From a bacterium (GTDB lineage: Bacteria > Sysuimicrobiota > Sysuimicrobiia > Sysuimicrobiales > Segetimicrobiaceae), in NCBI GenBank assembly GCA_035308905.1, contig DATGFS010000042.1, positions 3,093-67,092 on the forward strand: DNA of 64,000 bases, in the 5' to 3' direction. Numbering within the stretch: the first letter of the stretch is position 1; each line of letters opens with the position of its first letter. The translations under genes and the position numbers were made by a program. Positions 28,840 to 38,617 of this stretch are shown one piece after another. A model generated the notes under the pieces. That model worked only from the letters and a program-made list of their open reading frames with translations. It did not search any database and had not been told where the DNA came from.

Positions 28840-29802
28840 GTGCCGACCATCACGGAGACGCGCTTCCAGATGGTGCAACTCGTCTTTCCGGAACACGCGA
28901 ACCCCCACGGCACGCTCTACGGCGGACGCATGATGTCCTGGATCGCCACGGCCGGTACGCTGGCCGCGTCGCGGTTCGCCCACGGCCTCGTCGTTCTCGG
29001 CGCGATGGACGATCTGGATTTCCTGACGCCCGTGCACGTCGGTGAGATCGTGACGATCGACGCCCAGGTGGAGTTTGTCGGGCGGTCCTCCATGGAGGTC
29101 GGCGTGGTCGTGCAGTCCGAGGCGCCCGGACGGTCGGCCCCGAGGCGGACGACGTCGTCGCACCTGGCCTTCATCGCGCTCGACGACCGCGAGCGGCCGC
29201 GGCCGGTCGGACTGACGGTCACGCCCGGATCGAGCGCCGAAGCGGCCGTCTATAAGGCGGCCGCCGCGCGCAAGGCCGCGCGGCTCGCCCGGATGCAAAC
29301 GCAGGGCGCCGATTCTCTCCCGCTGGGTCCGGCGCCGCCGCCGACGCACATCGCCCACCTGGTGACGCCCGACGACGCGTTCAGCGGGACGCTTATGTTC
29401 GCCGGCAAGGTCTTGACGCTGCTCGACGAAGCGGCCGCGATCACGGCCGTCCGGTATGCGCGCGGTCCGGTCGTGACGGCGTCGCTCGACACGGTGTACT
29501 TCTACCATCCCCTCCGCGTCGGCCAGATCGCCGACGTCGTCGCGGCGGTGACGTTTGTGTCGAGAACGTCCGCCGAGATCGGCGTGCGGGTGGACGGCGA
29601 GCAGGTCGGCGGGGGCCGCCACTACACCTGCACCGCGTTCCTCACGATGGTCCACGTCGACGATGCGGACCGGCCGGCGCCGATGCCGCCGCTGCCCGCG
29701 CCGGACGGCGACGCGCGGCGCGTGCGGCTCGCCGGGGCGATGCGGACACGCGCGCGGAAAGAGCGGGTGGCGGCGCTGCGTGCCGCATCCGATGCTCATT
29801 AG
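28840..29802 (+). CDS. Acyl-CoA thioesterase, tandem hotdog domains
   Basis: Two 4HBT-like repeats (…QLVFPEHANPHGTLYGGRMMSW…; …SGTLMFAGKVLTLLDEAAA…). Confidence 0.75.
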   Translation: MPTITETRFQMVQLVFPEHANPHGTLYGGRMMSWIATAGTLAASRFAHGLVVLGAMDDLDFLTPVHVGEIVTIDAQVEFVGRSSMEVGVVVQSEAPGRSAPRRTTSSHLAFIALDDRERPRPVGLTVTPGSSAEAAVYKAAAARKAARLARMQTQGADSLPLGPAPPPTHIAHLVTPDDAFSGTLMFAGKVLTLLDEAAAITAVRYARGPVVTASLDTVYFYHPLRVGQIADVVAAVTFVSRTSAEIGVRVDGEQVGGGRHYTCTAFLTMVHVDDADRPAPMPPLPAPDGDARRVRLAGAMRTRARKERVAALRAASDAH

Positions 29803-30250
29803 GTTCGTCCACGTGATGGTGCTCTCGCTCGTTCCCTGGGTCGAGCTGCGCCTGGCGATTCCGTACGGCATCACCAAAGGGTTGCCGCCCGCGGCCGCCT
29901 TTGGCGCCGCGGTGCTGGCCAGTTGGGCGGTGATCCTGCCGGCGTTCCTTGGGCTGGATCTGTTCTACGAGCGGTTTCTCTCGCGGTCCGCGCTGGTGCG
30001 GCGGTTCATCCAGGAAGTCCGGCACCGCGGACGAAAATACGTGGAACGGTGGGGCGTCGTCGGCGTGGGGATCTACGTGAGCCTGCCGCTGCCCGGACCC
30101 GGTGTGTACTCGGGCGCCGTACTCGCGTGGACCTTCGGGCTGCCGAGGCGCCAGGCGATCGCCGCGCTGGCGCTGGGGGTGCTGGTCAGCGCGTTTCTCG
30201 TGACGCTGATCAGCACGGGCCTGATCGCGGTCATCAGACGGTTCGTGTGA
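29792..30250 (+). CDS. Small multidrug export (Sm_multidrug_ex family) membrane protein
   Basis: About 150 aa, four TM segments, family-like GITKGLPP… motif. Confidence 0.55.
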   Translation: MLIRFVHVMVLSLVPWVELRLAIPYGITKGLPPAAAFGAAVLASWAVILPAFLGLDLFYERFLSRSALVRRFIQEVRHRGRKYVERWGVVGVGIYVSLPLPGPGVYSGAVLAWTFGLPRRQAIAALALGVLVSAFLVTLISTGLIAVIRRFV

Positions 30251-30300
30251 GCACGCGCGGGGGGACGCGCGCGCGCATCGCTGCCCTGGAGGGATGACCG

Positions 30301-30777
30301 GTGGACACGGTCGGGCACCACTACATTGTCGAGGGCTCGGGCTGCAACCGCGACGTGATCAGTCGCGTGGAGCAGGTCGAGCAGGTCCTGGTCCGGGCCG
30401 CGGAGGTGGCCGACGTCCAGATTTGGGCGATCTCGTTCCACCGCTTCCGGCCCATGGGGGTCAGCGGGGTCGTCGTGATCTCAGAGTCGCACCTCTCGGT
30501 GCACACGTGGCCGGAGGTCGGCTACGTGGCCCTGGACATCTTCACCTGCGGCGACCGGGCCAAGCCCGAGGCCGCCGTTCAACACGCGCTCAAAGCGTTC
30601 GGCGCGACCAACATGCACATCACCGAGGTGACCCGCGGTCTCGAAGAGGGCGACAAGGTCTTTTTCCACAGCATGATCACGTGGGAAGAAAACCTGCCGG
30701 AGAATTTGATGAACCACCGGCCCCGGCGCCGCCGGCCCGTGCGGCGCCGGCGCGCCAAGGTCATGTCGACGTCCTGA
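30301..30777 (+). CDS. speH: S-adenosylmethionine decarboxylase proenzyme (class 1A, pyruvoyl-dependent)
   Basis: Processing-site motif VVVISESHLSVHTWPE; GTG start. Confidence 0.8.
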   Translation: MDTVGHHYIVEGSGCNRDVISRVEQVEQVLVRAAEVADVQIWAISFHRFRPMGVSGVVVISESHLSVHTWPEVGYVALDIFTCGDRAKPEAAVQHALKAFGATNMHITEVTRGLEEGDKVFFHSMITWEENLPENLMNHRPRRRRPVRRRRAKVMSTS

Positions 30778-31053
30778 TCAGCCGCCGCCGAAGGCGGCGA
30801 CCACGATGTTGATCAGCAGGTAACGCGCCACCTGGATCAGCAGCAGCGCGGCGATCGGCGTCACATCGATCCCGCCGAGCGGCGGGACGAGACGGCGGAT
30901 CGGCAGCAGCACCGGGTCTGTGACGCGGACGATGGCACGGATCACCGGATGCCCGTAGTCGACCGACGGAACCCATGTCAGCAGGGCGCGCACGATGATG
31001 AGCAGTGCGAGCAGCTGCGCCACATCCGAAATGAGGGTGACGAGGAACAACAC
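30778..31053 (-). CDS. YggT family membrane protein
   Basis: 91 aa, two TM segments, YggT-like …DPVLLPIRRLVPPLGGIDVTPIAALLL…. Confidence 0.65.
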   Translation of the reverse strand: MLFLVTLISDVAQLLALLIIVRALLTWVPSVDYGHPVIRAIVRVTDPVLLPIRRLVPPLGGIDVTPIAALLLIQVARYLLINIVVAAFGGG

Positions 31054-31055
31054 GC

Positions 31056-32300
31056 ATGTATTCTAGCACAGGTCGGGAATCGCCGGTCCCGCCGGGCACC
31101 GCGGCGACGGAGCGCCTATACTACACCGATGCCTACCGGCGGACGTTTCTCGCCGGCGTTCTCGCGGTCGTGCCGGCCGCCGGGGGCCGCACCGGCGTCG
31201 TCCTCGACCGGACCGTCTTCTATCCGACCTCCGGCGGCCAGCCCCACGACACCGGCACGCTCGACGGGATTCCTGTCGTCGACGTGGTCGACGCCGATGA
31301 GCACGTGATCCACGTGCTCGAAGCCGGCAGCTCGCCGCCCGGCATCGGGGTGGAGGTCGAAGCCGAGATCGACTGGGACCGGCGGTTCGATCACATGCAG
31401 CAGCACACCGCGCAGCATCTCGTGTCCGCCGCCTTTCTCCAGCAGCTTCGCGCCGAGACCGTCGCGGTGCACCTCGGCGACTCGTCGACGATCGACTTCG
31501 AGCGCGCTGCCCTATCCCCCGAGGAGGCGCTCGCCGTCGAGGACGCCGTCGCCGAGGCCGTCTACGACAACCGTCCCGTCGGCGTGCGGTTCGTCGACGC
31601 CGGCGAAGCGGAGCGGATGGGCCTCAGGCGGCCGGCAAAGCGCGCGGGTCCGCTTCGGGTCGTGGAAATCGAGGGCCTCGACCGGTCCGCCTGCGGAGGC
31701 ACGCACGTCCGGACCACCGGAGAGCTCGGCCCCGTGCTGCTGCGGCGGTGGGAGCGCGCGAAGGGGCACCTGAGGGTCGAGTTTCTGGCCGGCTGGCGCG
31801 CCCTTCGCGACTATCGCTGGAAGCACGCGCTCGTCGCGGAGTGGAGCGGCCGCCTGACCGTTGGGGATCGTGAGCTGCCGGAGGCGCTCGGGCGGCTCAC
31901 CGCGCGCGTCGAGGACCGCGAACGCGCCCTGGCCGCCTCGCTCCGGCGCCTCCTGGCGTATGAAGCGGCGGAACGTCTCGCCGCGCTCCCGGCGGGAGAA
32001 GGTCCAAAGGTGCTCCGGCTCGAGTTCCCGCAGCGCGATCAGAACGAGGTTCGCCTGCTGCTGCGAGAATTGACGTCGCGCGAGCCGTGCGTGGCGCTCG
32101 CCGGGGTGGTGGAGACAGGCCGGTTGTATTTTGTCCGGTCGGCGGGCGTGGCGGCCGACATGGCCGCGGTCCTGACGGGGGCGGCGCGGTCCGTCGGCGG
32201 ACGCGGCGGCGGTACCCCGGAGGCGGCTCAGGGAACGGTGCCGCCCGCGGAGGTAGCCCGCGCGCTCGACTTGGCCGTCGAGCAGGTATGCCGTGCCTGA
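31056..32300 (+). CDS. Alanyl-tRNA editing protein (AlaX-L-like, tRNA_SAD domain)
   Basis: RLYYTDAY…HMQQHTAQHLVSAAF…CGGTHV: AlaRS editing HxxxH and CxxxH motifs; start uncertain. Confidence 0.65.
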   Translation: MYSSTGRESPVPPGTAATERLYYTDAYRRTFLAGVLAVVPAAGGRTGVVLDRTVFYPTSGGQPHDTGTLDGIPVVDVVDADEHVIHVLEAGSSPPGIGVEVEAEIDWDRRFDHMQQHTAQHLVSAAFLQQLRAETVAVHLGDSSTIDFERAALSPEEALAVEDAVAEAVYDNRPVGVRFVDAGEAERMGLRRPAKRAGPLRVVEIEGLDRSACGGTHVRTTGELGPVLLRRWERAKGHLRVEFLAGWRALRDYRWKHALVAEWSGRLTVGDRELPEALGRLTARVEDRERALAASLRRLLAYEAAERLAALPAGEGPKVLRLEFPQRDQNEVRLLLRELTSREPCVALAGVVETGRLYFVRSAGVAADMAAVLTGAARSVGGRGGGTPEAAQGTVPPAEVARALDLAVEQVCRA

Positions 32301-33087
32301 GCTGCCGGAGGTCGAAGCGGCGCGGCGATCGCTCCTCCGGACGGTCGCCGGCAAGACGATCGCCCGGGTGATCGTCCGGCGCCCGACGGTGCTCCGCACG
32401 CATTCCGGCCCGGGCTTCGCCCGCGCCCTGCGGGGGCGCACGATCCGAGGCATCACGAGGCAGGGCAAGGCACTGCGCTTCTCCGTCGATCCGTGGGTGC
32501 TCGTCTTCCACTATATGCTGTGGGGCGTTGTGCGCTTCCAGCGGGACGGGGCCGCGCCCGGCCCGGGGACCGGCGTGTTGTTCGGGTTCGCCGGCGGCGC
32601 GACGCTCGAATTTCGCGAGCTTCAACTGAGCACGTTTCATCTCCTCAAGACCACGCGGGCGGCCGAGGCGGCGGAGCCCGGCCTCGATCCGCTCGGGCGA
32701 GGGCTCACCGTCGAGACGTTCCTCGCCGCGCTCGGGGGGCGCGGCAGCCTGAAGGACGCACTCTGCAACCAGGCGCGGATCGCGGGCATCGGCAACCTGT
32801 GGGCGCACGAGATCCTGTTTCGGGCGCGCCTTCGTCCCGACCGGACCGTCCAATCGCTCTCGCCTTCGGAGGCGCGGCGTCTCTACCGGACCATCCGGCG
32901 AACACTGCGCGCCGCGATCGCCGCGGGCGGCGAACCCGGGTTTCACGACGCGCTCGGCCGCGAAGGGCGCGCGCGCCTCGCGGTGTACGGCCGGGCGGGC
33001 GAACGCTGCCGTGGCTGCGGCGGCACCGTGCGCGACGGGCGCTTCCACGGACGGCCGACGTTCTTCTGCCCGCGCTGCCAGCGATAG
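32293..33087 (+). CDS. mutM: Formamidopyrimidine-DNA glycosylase / Nei family DNA glycosylase
   Basis: N-terminal MPELPEVE, H2TH domain, C-terminal zinc finger CRGCGGTV…FFCPRCQ. Confidence 0.85.
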   Translation: MPELPEVEAARRSLLRTVAGKTIARVIVRRPTVLRTHSGPGFARALRGRTIRGITRQGKALRFSVDPWVLVFHYMLWGVVRFQRDGAAPGPGTGVLFGFAGGATLEFRELQLSTFHLLKTTRAAEAAEPGLDPLGRGLTVETFLAALGGRGSLKDALCNQARIAGIGNLWAHEILFRARLRPDRTVQSLSPSEARRLYRTIRRTLRAAIAAGGEPGFHDALGREGRARLAVYGRAGERCRGCGGTVRDGRFHGRPTFFCPRCQR

Positions 33088-33088
33088 C

Positions 33089-34294
33089 ATGGGCCGGCCG
33101 GCGCACCCGCGCGTCCGTCCCGAGGCTGTGATCGGCCTGCTCGAGCGCCTCGTCGCCGTTCCGTCCGTCAATCCCGTGTTGGTCCCGGGAGGCGCCGGCG
33201 AAGCCGAGATCGCGGGCGTGCTGGCCGGCGCGTGCCGTTCGCTCGATCTCGATGTGGCCGTCGAGGACGCGCTGCCCGGCCGCCCCAACGTCGTCGCGGT
33301 GCTGCGCGGCCGCGACCGGCGCCGCGGCCGCTCGCTTCTGCTGAACGGCCACACCGACACGGTCGGCGCGGCGGGGATGGACGGGCCGTTTTCGCCTGAG
33401 CGCCGGGGCGAGCGCCTCTATGGCCGCGGGGCATACGACATGAAGGCGAGCCTCGCCGCGATGGTCGGCGCCGTCGCCGCGCTGCGCGACGCGCACGTGG
33501 CCCCGCTCGGCGACGTGATCCTGACGTTTGTGGTCGATGAAGAGTACCTGAGCGCCGGCACGGAGGCGGTGGCGCGCCGTTACCGCGCCGACGCGGCGAT
33601 CGTGACCGAGCCCACCGCCATGCGCACCTGTCTCGCGCATAAGGGGTTTGTGTGGGCGCGGATCCGCACGGAGGGACGCGCGGCGCACGGCAGCGATCCG
33701 GCAGCCGGCGTCGACGCCATCGCGCACATGGGGCGGGTGTTGGCCGCGATCGACCGGCTCGATCGGGAGGTGCTGCCGCGTTCCCGGCACCCGTTGGTCG
33801 GCCGCCCCTCCGTCCACGCGTCGCTGATCGAGGGCGGCGAGGGGCTCAGCACGTATCCGCCGGCCTGCACGCTGGACGTGGAGCGCCGGACGCTGCCGGG
33901 CGAGACCGTGGACGACGTCCGGCGTGAACTGACCGTGATCGCCGACGGGCTGCGCGCGGCGGACCCCGCGTTTCGGGCGGCGGTCGAGATCACGGGCAGC
34001 CGGCCGGGGCTCGAGGTGAACCCGGACGCGCCGATCGTCCGGGCGCTCGACGGCGCGGCCCGGCAGGTCACGGGGCAGAGCCCGCCTCAGATCGGCGTCG
34101 CGTACTGGTGCGATGCCGCCATTCTCGCCCAGCACGAGATGCCGACGGTGGTCTTCGGCCCGTCCGGCGACGGCGCGCACGCGGCGGTCGAGTACGTCGA
34201 TCTGCCGTCCGTGACCGCCTGCGCCCAGATCTTCGCGGAGACGATCCTGGCGTTCTGCGGAGCGGACGATGCGCCTGCTGACGTTTCTCTCTGA
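33089..34294 (+). CDS. M20 family metallopeptidase (ArgE/DapE-like deacylase)
   Basis: LLLNGHTDTVG…GRGAYDMKAS…VVDEEY: M20 metal-binding motifs. Confidence 0.75.
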   Translation: MGRPAHPRVRPEAVIGLLERLVAVPSVNPVLVPGGAGEAEIAGVLAGACRSLDLDVAVEDALPGRPNVVAVLRGRDRRRGRSLLLNGHTDTVGAAGMDGPFSPERRGERLYGRGAYDMKASLAAMVGAVAALRDAHVAPLGDVILTFVVDEEYLSAGTEAVARRYRADAAIVTEPTAMRTCLAHKGFVWARIRTEGRAAHGSDPAAGVDAIAHMGRVLAAIDRLDREVLPRSRHPLVGRPSVHASLIEGGEGLSTYPPACTLDVERRTLPGETVDDVRRELTVIADGLRAADPAFRAAVEITGSRPGLEVNPDAPIVRALDGAARQVTGQSPPQIGVAYWCDAAILAQHEMPTVVFGPSGDGAHAAVEYVDLPSVTACAQIFAETILAFCGADDAPADVSL

Positions 34295-35066
34295 CTTCGG
34301 CCTCGACTCGCCGTACCCGGCGGCGATGAAAGCCGTGGCGTCCGCGATCTGCGACGCCCGGTTCCTCGACATCTCGCACGCGGTGCCGCGCCACGCCGTC
34401 CGCACCGGCGCGTATCTGCTGTGGTCCGTGGCTCCGGTCTGCCCCGCCGGCACCGTGCACTGCGCCGTGGTGGATCCGGGCGTCGGCACGGCGCGGGCCC
34501 CGCTGGCCGTGGCTGCCGGAGGGCAGATATTCGTCGGACCCGACAACGGGCTGCTGCTGCCGGCCGCGAGACGACTGGGGGCCCCGGAGGTGTACCGGCT
34601 GACGAATCCCGCCTACTGGCACCATCCCGTTTCCGGGACCTTTCACGGACGCGACATCTTCGCTCCGGCCGCGGCCCATCTCGCCGCGGGCGCAGCAGTT
34701 GAGGCCGTGGGTGAGGCGGCGCCCGAGTACGTCGACTTGACGATCGAGGAAGGCGGGTGGGACGGCTCGAGCCTGCGCGGCGCCGTGCTGTGGGTCGACC
34801 CATTCGGCAATCTCGTCACGACAATTCCCGGCAGCCTGCTTGCCCGGCTGGCGGAGAGCCGGAACGCCGTGGTCGAGGTCGGGTCCAAGGGGCTTCGCGC
34901 CGGGGTCGGACGCACGTTCGGGGACGCCGCGCCCGGCGGGGCGGTAATTGTGAAGGGCAGCGACGGCCTCGTGGAGGTCGCGCTCAATCGCGGCCGTGCA
35001 GCGGACGCCCTGGCCGCCGCGCCGGGCGATCCGGTGCGGGTTCGGGCCGCGGATATCGGTTCTTGA
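34269..35066 (+). CDS. SAM hydroxide adenosyltransferase family protein (DUF62; chlorinase/fluorinase-like)
   Basis: TFLSDFGLDSPY…VVDPGVGT…GPDNGLL…FHGRDIFAP conserved DUF62 motifs. Confidence 0.75.
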   Translation: MRLLTFLSDFGLDSPYPAAMKAVASAICDARFLDISHAVPRHAVRTGAYLLWSVAPVCPAGTVHCAVVDPGVGTARAPLAVAAGGQIFVGPDNGLLLPAARRLGAPEVYRLTNPAYWHHPVSGTFHGRDIFAPAAAHLAAGAAVEAVGEAAPEYVDLTIEEGGWDGSSLRGAVLWVDPFGNLVTTIPGSLLARLAESRNAVVEVGSKGLRAGVGRTFGDAAPGGAVIVKGSDGLVEVALNRGRAADALAAAPGDPVRVRAADIGS

Positions 35067-35158
35067 CACTATACATTCAGCGGGGAGTCCGTGATACTAT
35101 AGCGAACACTTTGGGGGCACTTCGCGCAACTCTCGTGCTCCTGGGGGGAGAGGACCTG

Positions 35159-36517
35159 ATGTCCTTGCGCGTTCGAATCACCTCGGTCGCACTCGCCGCC
35201 GTTCTCGTCGCCGTGCTCGCGGCGCCCGTTATGCCCCACGCCGATGCGGCATCCGCCCCGTTCGTGCTCTCGGCCTTCAAGACGCTGCAGAAAAACTACG
35301 TCGACCAGCTCGTCGCGGCCCCCCTGCTCAACGCGGCGCTGACCGCCGCGGAAAAGAAGGCGGGCGCGGAGGCGGGCGCGTTGATCCCGGACACCGCGAC
35401 GGAGGAGCTGGCTTCGTCCCTCTTCACCCAGCGGTTCGCCGCGATCACGGCGGGCGTGGCCGGACGGGTCACCGAGACGGATCTGGCCTACGCCGCGGTC
35501 GAGGGAATGCTCCAGAGCCTTCATGATTCGCACACGGGGTTTGTCCCGCCGTCGCTGTATCAGGAGATCAAGCGCCGGGAGGCCGGACAGGCCGCGTTCA
35601 CCGGGGTGGGCATCGTCCTCCTCCACCGTGACGGACAGTACTACATCAACGAGATCTATCCCGGCGGTCCCGCCGAGCAGGCGGGGATCCACGTGTTCGA
35701 CCGGATCGTGGCGGTGGACGGCCATGCCACCAACGGACTGGCGGACGACGAAGTGTCGAAGATGATCCGCGGCGCGGCCGGCAGCCGCGTGACGCTGACG
35801 GTCCTCCGCGCCGGGGTGACGGATCCCGTCGAGGTGCCGATCGTGCGCGGACCGATCCACGTGCCGACGGTCACCGACCGCATGCTGCCCGGGCAGATCG
35901 GATACGTGCGCCTCTTCGAGTTCGTGCCCGGCGTGGGCAACAGCATCCGGAACGCGATGCAGGATTTGCGCGCCGGCGGGATGCGGGCGCTGGTGCTGGA
36001 TCTCCGCGGCAATCCCGGCGGGTTGGTGAGCGAGCTGCGCGAGGTCTCGTCGGCGATCCTGCCGGAGGGCTCGGCAGTTCTTCAGATGCGTACCCGCACC
36101 GGCCGCAGCATCGTGATGCAGACGCCAAACCAGCCCATCGTGCCGGCCAGCGTGCCGATCGTAGTGCTGGTGGACGAGGGCACAGCGTCCGCGGCGGAAC
36201 TGCTCTCGGCCGCGATCCAGGAAGCGGGCCGCGGCGTGGTCGAGGGGACGAAGACCGCGGGCGCGGTGGAGATCGGCATTACGATCGATCTGCCGGAAGG
36301 CGCCGGAATGAGCGTGACCGTCGCCCGCGTGTTCACGGGCAAGGGGATGCGGCTGGAAGGGCAGGGCGTCACGCCGGATACCCCGGAGTCGCTGACCTCG
36401 CAGGCGATGGACGAGGGTCACGACAACCAGCTCGATCGCGCGGTCGAGATCCTCAACATGCAGCTCGGCATCAAGCCGACGAACGGGTGTGTCATGCCGG
36501 CCGCACGGGCGGCCTGA
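35159..36517 (+). CDS. S41 family C-terminal processing peptidase (Ctp) with PDZ domain
   Basis: Signal peptide, PDZ (GVGIVLL…YINEIYPGGPAEQAGIHVFDRIVAVDG), catalytic LDLRGNPGG…TASAAE; RBS GGAGAGG. Confidence 0.8.
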   Translation: MSLRVRITSVALAAVLVAVLAAPVMPHADAASAPFVLSAFKTLQKNYVDQLVAAPLLNAALTAAEKKAGAEAGALIPDTATEELASSLFTQRFAAITAGVAGRVTETDLAYAAVEGMLQSLHDSHTGFVPPSLYQEIKRREAGQAAFTGVGIVLLHRDGQYYINEIYPGGPAEQAGIHVFDRIVAVDGHATNGLADDEVSKMIRGAAGSRVTLTVLRAGVTDPVEVPIVRGPIHVPTVTDRMLPGQIGYVRLFEFVPGVGNSIRNAMQDLRAGGMRALVLDLRGNPGGLVSELREVSSAILPEGSAVLQMRTRTGRSIVMQTPNQPIVPASVPIVVLVDEGTASAAELLSAAIQEAGRGVVEGTKTAGAVEIGITIDLPEGAGMSVTVARVFTGKGMRLEGQGVTPDTPESLTSQAMDEGHDNQLDRAVEILNMQLGIKPTNGCVMPAARAA

Positions 36518-36688
36518 TACCGGAATCGGAATCGCCGGCGGCCGCGCGCGGCCGCCGGAGCGCCATCGAACGGCCTCTCCGCCGGGGGGGCCGTTCACGC
36601 TTTCGTCGCCACGGCTTGATCCCGCTCGTATACTGAGGATGGCCCGCGCACGGCGGTTGCGAGCGCGCGGGTATTGGGGGGACGTGTC

Positions 36689-37270
36689 ATGCGTGCCGCG
36701 CTGATCGCGGTGCTCGTGGTGGTGGTGATCGGCTTCGTTTCGGTCTCGTCCGTCGCGGGCGCCTACAATCATCTCGTGCAGCTGCGCCAGCAGGTGGACG
36801 CGGCGCAGGCCGACGTCGAGACGCAGCTGCAGCGCCGCTTCGATCTCATTCCGAACCTCGTCGAGTCGACGCGCGCCGTGCTCGCCCAGGAGCGTACCGT
36901 GTTCGAAGCGCTGGCGCGCGCGCGGACGCAGTACGCGGGCACCCAGCCCGGCACGCCGCAGCGGATCGACGCGGCCAACAACCTCCAGAGCGCGCTGGCC
37001 CGCCTGCTCGTGATCGTCGAGAACTACCCCACCCTCCGCAGCAACGAGACGGTGCAGTCGCTGATGCGGGAGCTCGCCGGGACGGAAAACCAGCTCGCCT
37101 ACGCACGCCGCCAGTACAACGCGGCCGTGCAGGCGTACGACACCGCTCTGCAGACCTTCCCGACGACGCTCATCGCCGCGAGCTTCGGCTTCCAGCCGCG
37201 CCCGTACTTCCAGGCTCAGCCCGGCGCCCAACAGGCCCCGCGCGTGAACCTCGGGGTCCCCACGCCCTGA
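36689..37270 (+). CDS. LemA family protein
   Basis: N-terminal TM followed by the LemA domain (YNHLVQLRQQVDAAQADVETQLQRRFDLIPNLVE…). Confidence 0.75.
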   Translation: MRAALIAVLVVVVIGFVSVSSVAGAYNHLVQLRQQVDAAQADVETQLQRRFDLIPNLVESTRAVLAQERTVFEALARARTQYAGTQPGTPQRIDAANNLQSALARLLVIVENYPTLRSNETVQSLMRELAGTENQLAYARRQYNAAVQAYDTALQTFPTTLIAASFGFQPRPYFQAQPGAQQAPRVNLGVPTP

Positions 37271-38220
37271 CCGCGCGCACGCGGCGGCGCATCTCGCCGC
37301 GGACCTGGGCCGCCGCGCTGCTCGCGGGCGCCAGCGTCGCGGCGGCCGCGGGACTCGCGTCCGCCGTCCCCGGGGGGACGCCGGCAGGAGGCCGCTTGGC
37401 GTTTCCGCCCCCGCAGGGCTACGTCTCCGACTTCGCCCGCGTGCTCGATCCGGGCGCGCGCGCCTCGCTCGAAGCGCGCCTCGCCGCGTACGACCGCGCG
37501 ACGGGCAATCAGATCGCGATCGCGGTGTTTCCGGATCTCGGCGGCGTCCCGATCAACGATTTCGCCGTTCGTCTCGAGGAGGCGTGGAAGGTCGGCCGGC
37601 GGGGTCGCGACAACGGCATTTTGCTGCTGGTCGCGCTCAAAGAGCGCGCGATCCGGATCGAGGTCGGCTACGGTCTGGAGGGCAAGGTGACCGACGCCGA
37701 TGCCGGCCGTATCATTCGGGACGACCTCGCGCCCGCGTTTCAGGCCGGACGCTACGCCGACGGCCTTGCCGCCGGGGTCGACGCGCTCGTCAATCTGATC
37801 GGCGCGCCGGCCGGGGCCGGTGCCGCGGCTCCGGGCGCATCCGCCACCCCGCCGTCCGGCGGGGGCGCGCGCGCTCCGTCCGGCGGCGGGGGAGGTGGCG
37901 GCCTCCCCGTTCTGCTCTTCCTCGTGTTCGTCGCGCTGACGACCTTCGCGGCCCGGCGCGGAGCGCGGCGCTGTCCCCGCTGCGGCGCGACCCTCCGGTT
38001 GACGTCGCAGAGCGGCACGGCCGGGGTCGGCGCGGTGGAGGCGTGGACCTGCCCCAAATGCGGTTACAAGGACAAGCGGCTCGTCCAGCGGCCCGCGATG
38101 ATGCCGGTGCCGTACTTGGTCGGCGGCGGATGGGGCAGCGGCGGGTTTGGCGGCGGGGGCGGGTTCGGCGGGTTCGGCGGCGGCGCGTCGGGCGGCGGCG
38201 GCGCGTCGGGCGGATGGTAG
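37267..38220 (+). CDS. TPM domain protein (YgcG-like) with signal peptide, TM segment, Cys4 zinc ribbon and Gly-rich tail; start likely non-canonical CTG at 37267 (the only ATG/GTG/TTG is the TTG at 37396)
   Basis: TPM domain GYVSDFARVLDP…TGNQIAIAVF…; the in-frame upstream sequence encodes a textbook signal peptide (TRRRISPRTWAAALLAGASVAAAAGLASA), yet no ATG/GTG/TTG exists before 37396; CTG at 37267 overlaps the lemA stop (CTGA). Confidence 0.55.
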   Translation: MTARTRRRISPRTWAAALLAGASVAAAAGLASAVPGGTPAGGRLAFPPPQGYVSDFARVLDPGARASLEARLAAYDRATGNQIAIAVFPDLGGVPINDFAVRLEEAWKVGRRGRDNGILLLVALKERAIRIEVGYGLEGKVTDADAGRIIRDDLAPAFQAGRYADGLAAGVDALVNLIGAPAGAGAAAPGASATPPSGGGARAPSGGGGGGGLPVLLFLVFVALTTFAARRGARRCPRCGATLRLTSQSGTAGVGAVEAWTCPKCGYKDKRLVQRPAMMPVPYLVGGGWGSGGFGGGGGFGGFGGGASGGGGASGGW

Positions 38221-38233
38221 CGTGATCGGCGGC

Positions 38234-38617
38234 ATGCACCGGCTGCTCGACGCGCGCGACAAGGCCCGCCTGCGGCGCCTTACCGAGGCGATCGAGCTCG
38301 AGACCGGCGCGGAGATCGCGGCGCTCGTGGTGCGTCGCGCGAACGACGTCCCCGCTCTCGCGCGCGCCTACTTCGATCACGTCGGCATCGGCAAGCACGG
38401 CCACGACAACGGCGTGCTCGTGCTCGTGGCGATGGACAACCGCGCGATCCACGTCGAGATCGGCCGCGGCCTCGGGACCGTGGTTCGCCCCGAAGACGCG
38501 CAGCGCGTCATCGACTTCGTCATCGCGCCGCAGTTTCGTCACGGACGGTTTGGGGAAGGACTGGTCCGCGGCGTGGAGGCGATCGGCCACCTGGTGCGCC
38601 GCGCCGAGACCCGGTGA
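38234..38617 (+). CDS. TPM domain protein (soluble; TLP18.3/Psb32/MOLO-1 family)
   Basis: …LETGAEIAALVV…HGHDNGVLVLVAMDNRAIHVEIGRGL…; alternative GTG start at 38222. Confidence 0.65.
   Translation: MHRLLDARDKARLRRLTEAIELETGAEIAALVVRRANDVPALARAYFDHVGIGKHGHDNGVLVLVAMDNRAIHVEIGRGLGTVVRPEDAQRVIDFVIAPQFRHGRFGEGLVRGVEAIGHLVRRAETR

Noticed and set aside
31053-31056. Only 2 bp separate the divergent yggT (minus) and alaX-like (plus) start codons
   Set aside because: More likely a start-codon miscall for one or both genes than a true shared 2-bp promoter region; flagged as uncertain rather than as a finding.
36517-36688. Possible promoter (TTGATC…TATACT) and short ggaatcggaatcg repeat upstream of lemA
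   Set aside because: The -35/-10 spacing is only about 7 nt, and the repeat is two units only; not a CRISPR or meaningful tandem array.
35069-37231. 720-aa minus-strand ORF opposite the Ctp peptidase and LemA genes
   Set aside because: No motifs, extreme Arg/Gly/His composition; the plus-strand genes have clear domains, RBSs and coupling.
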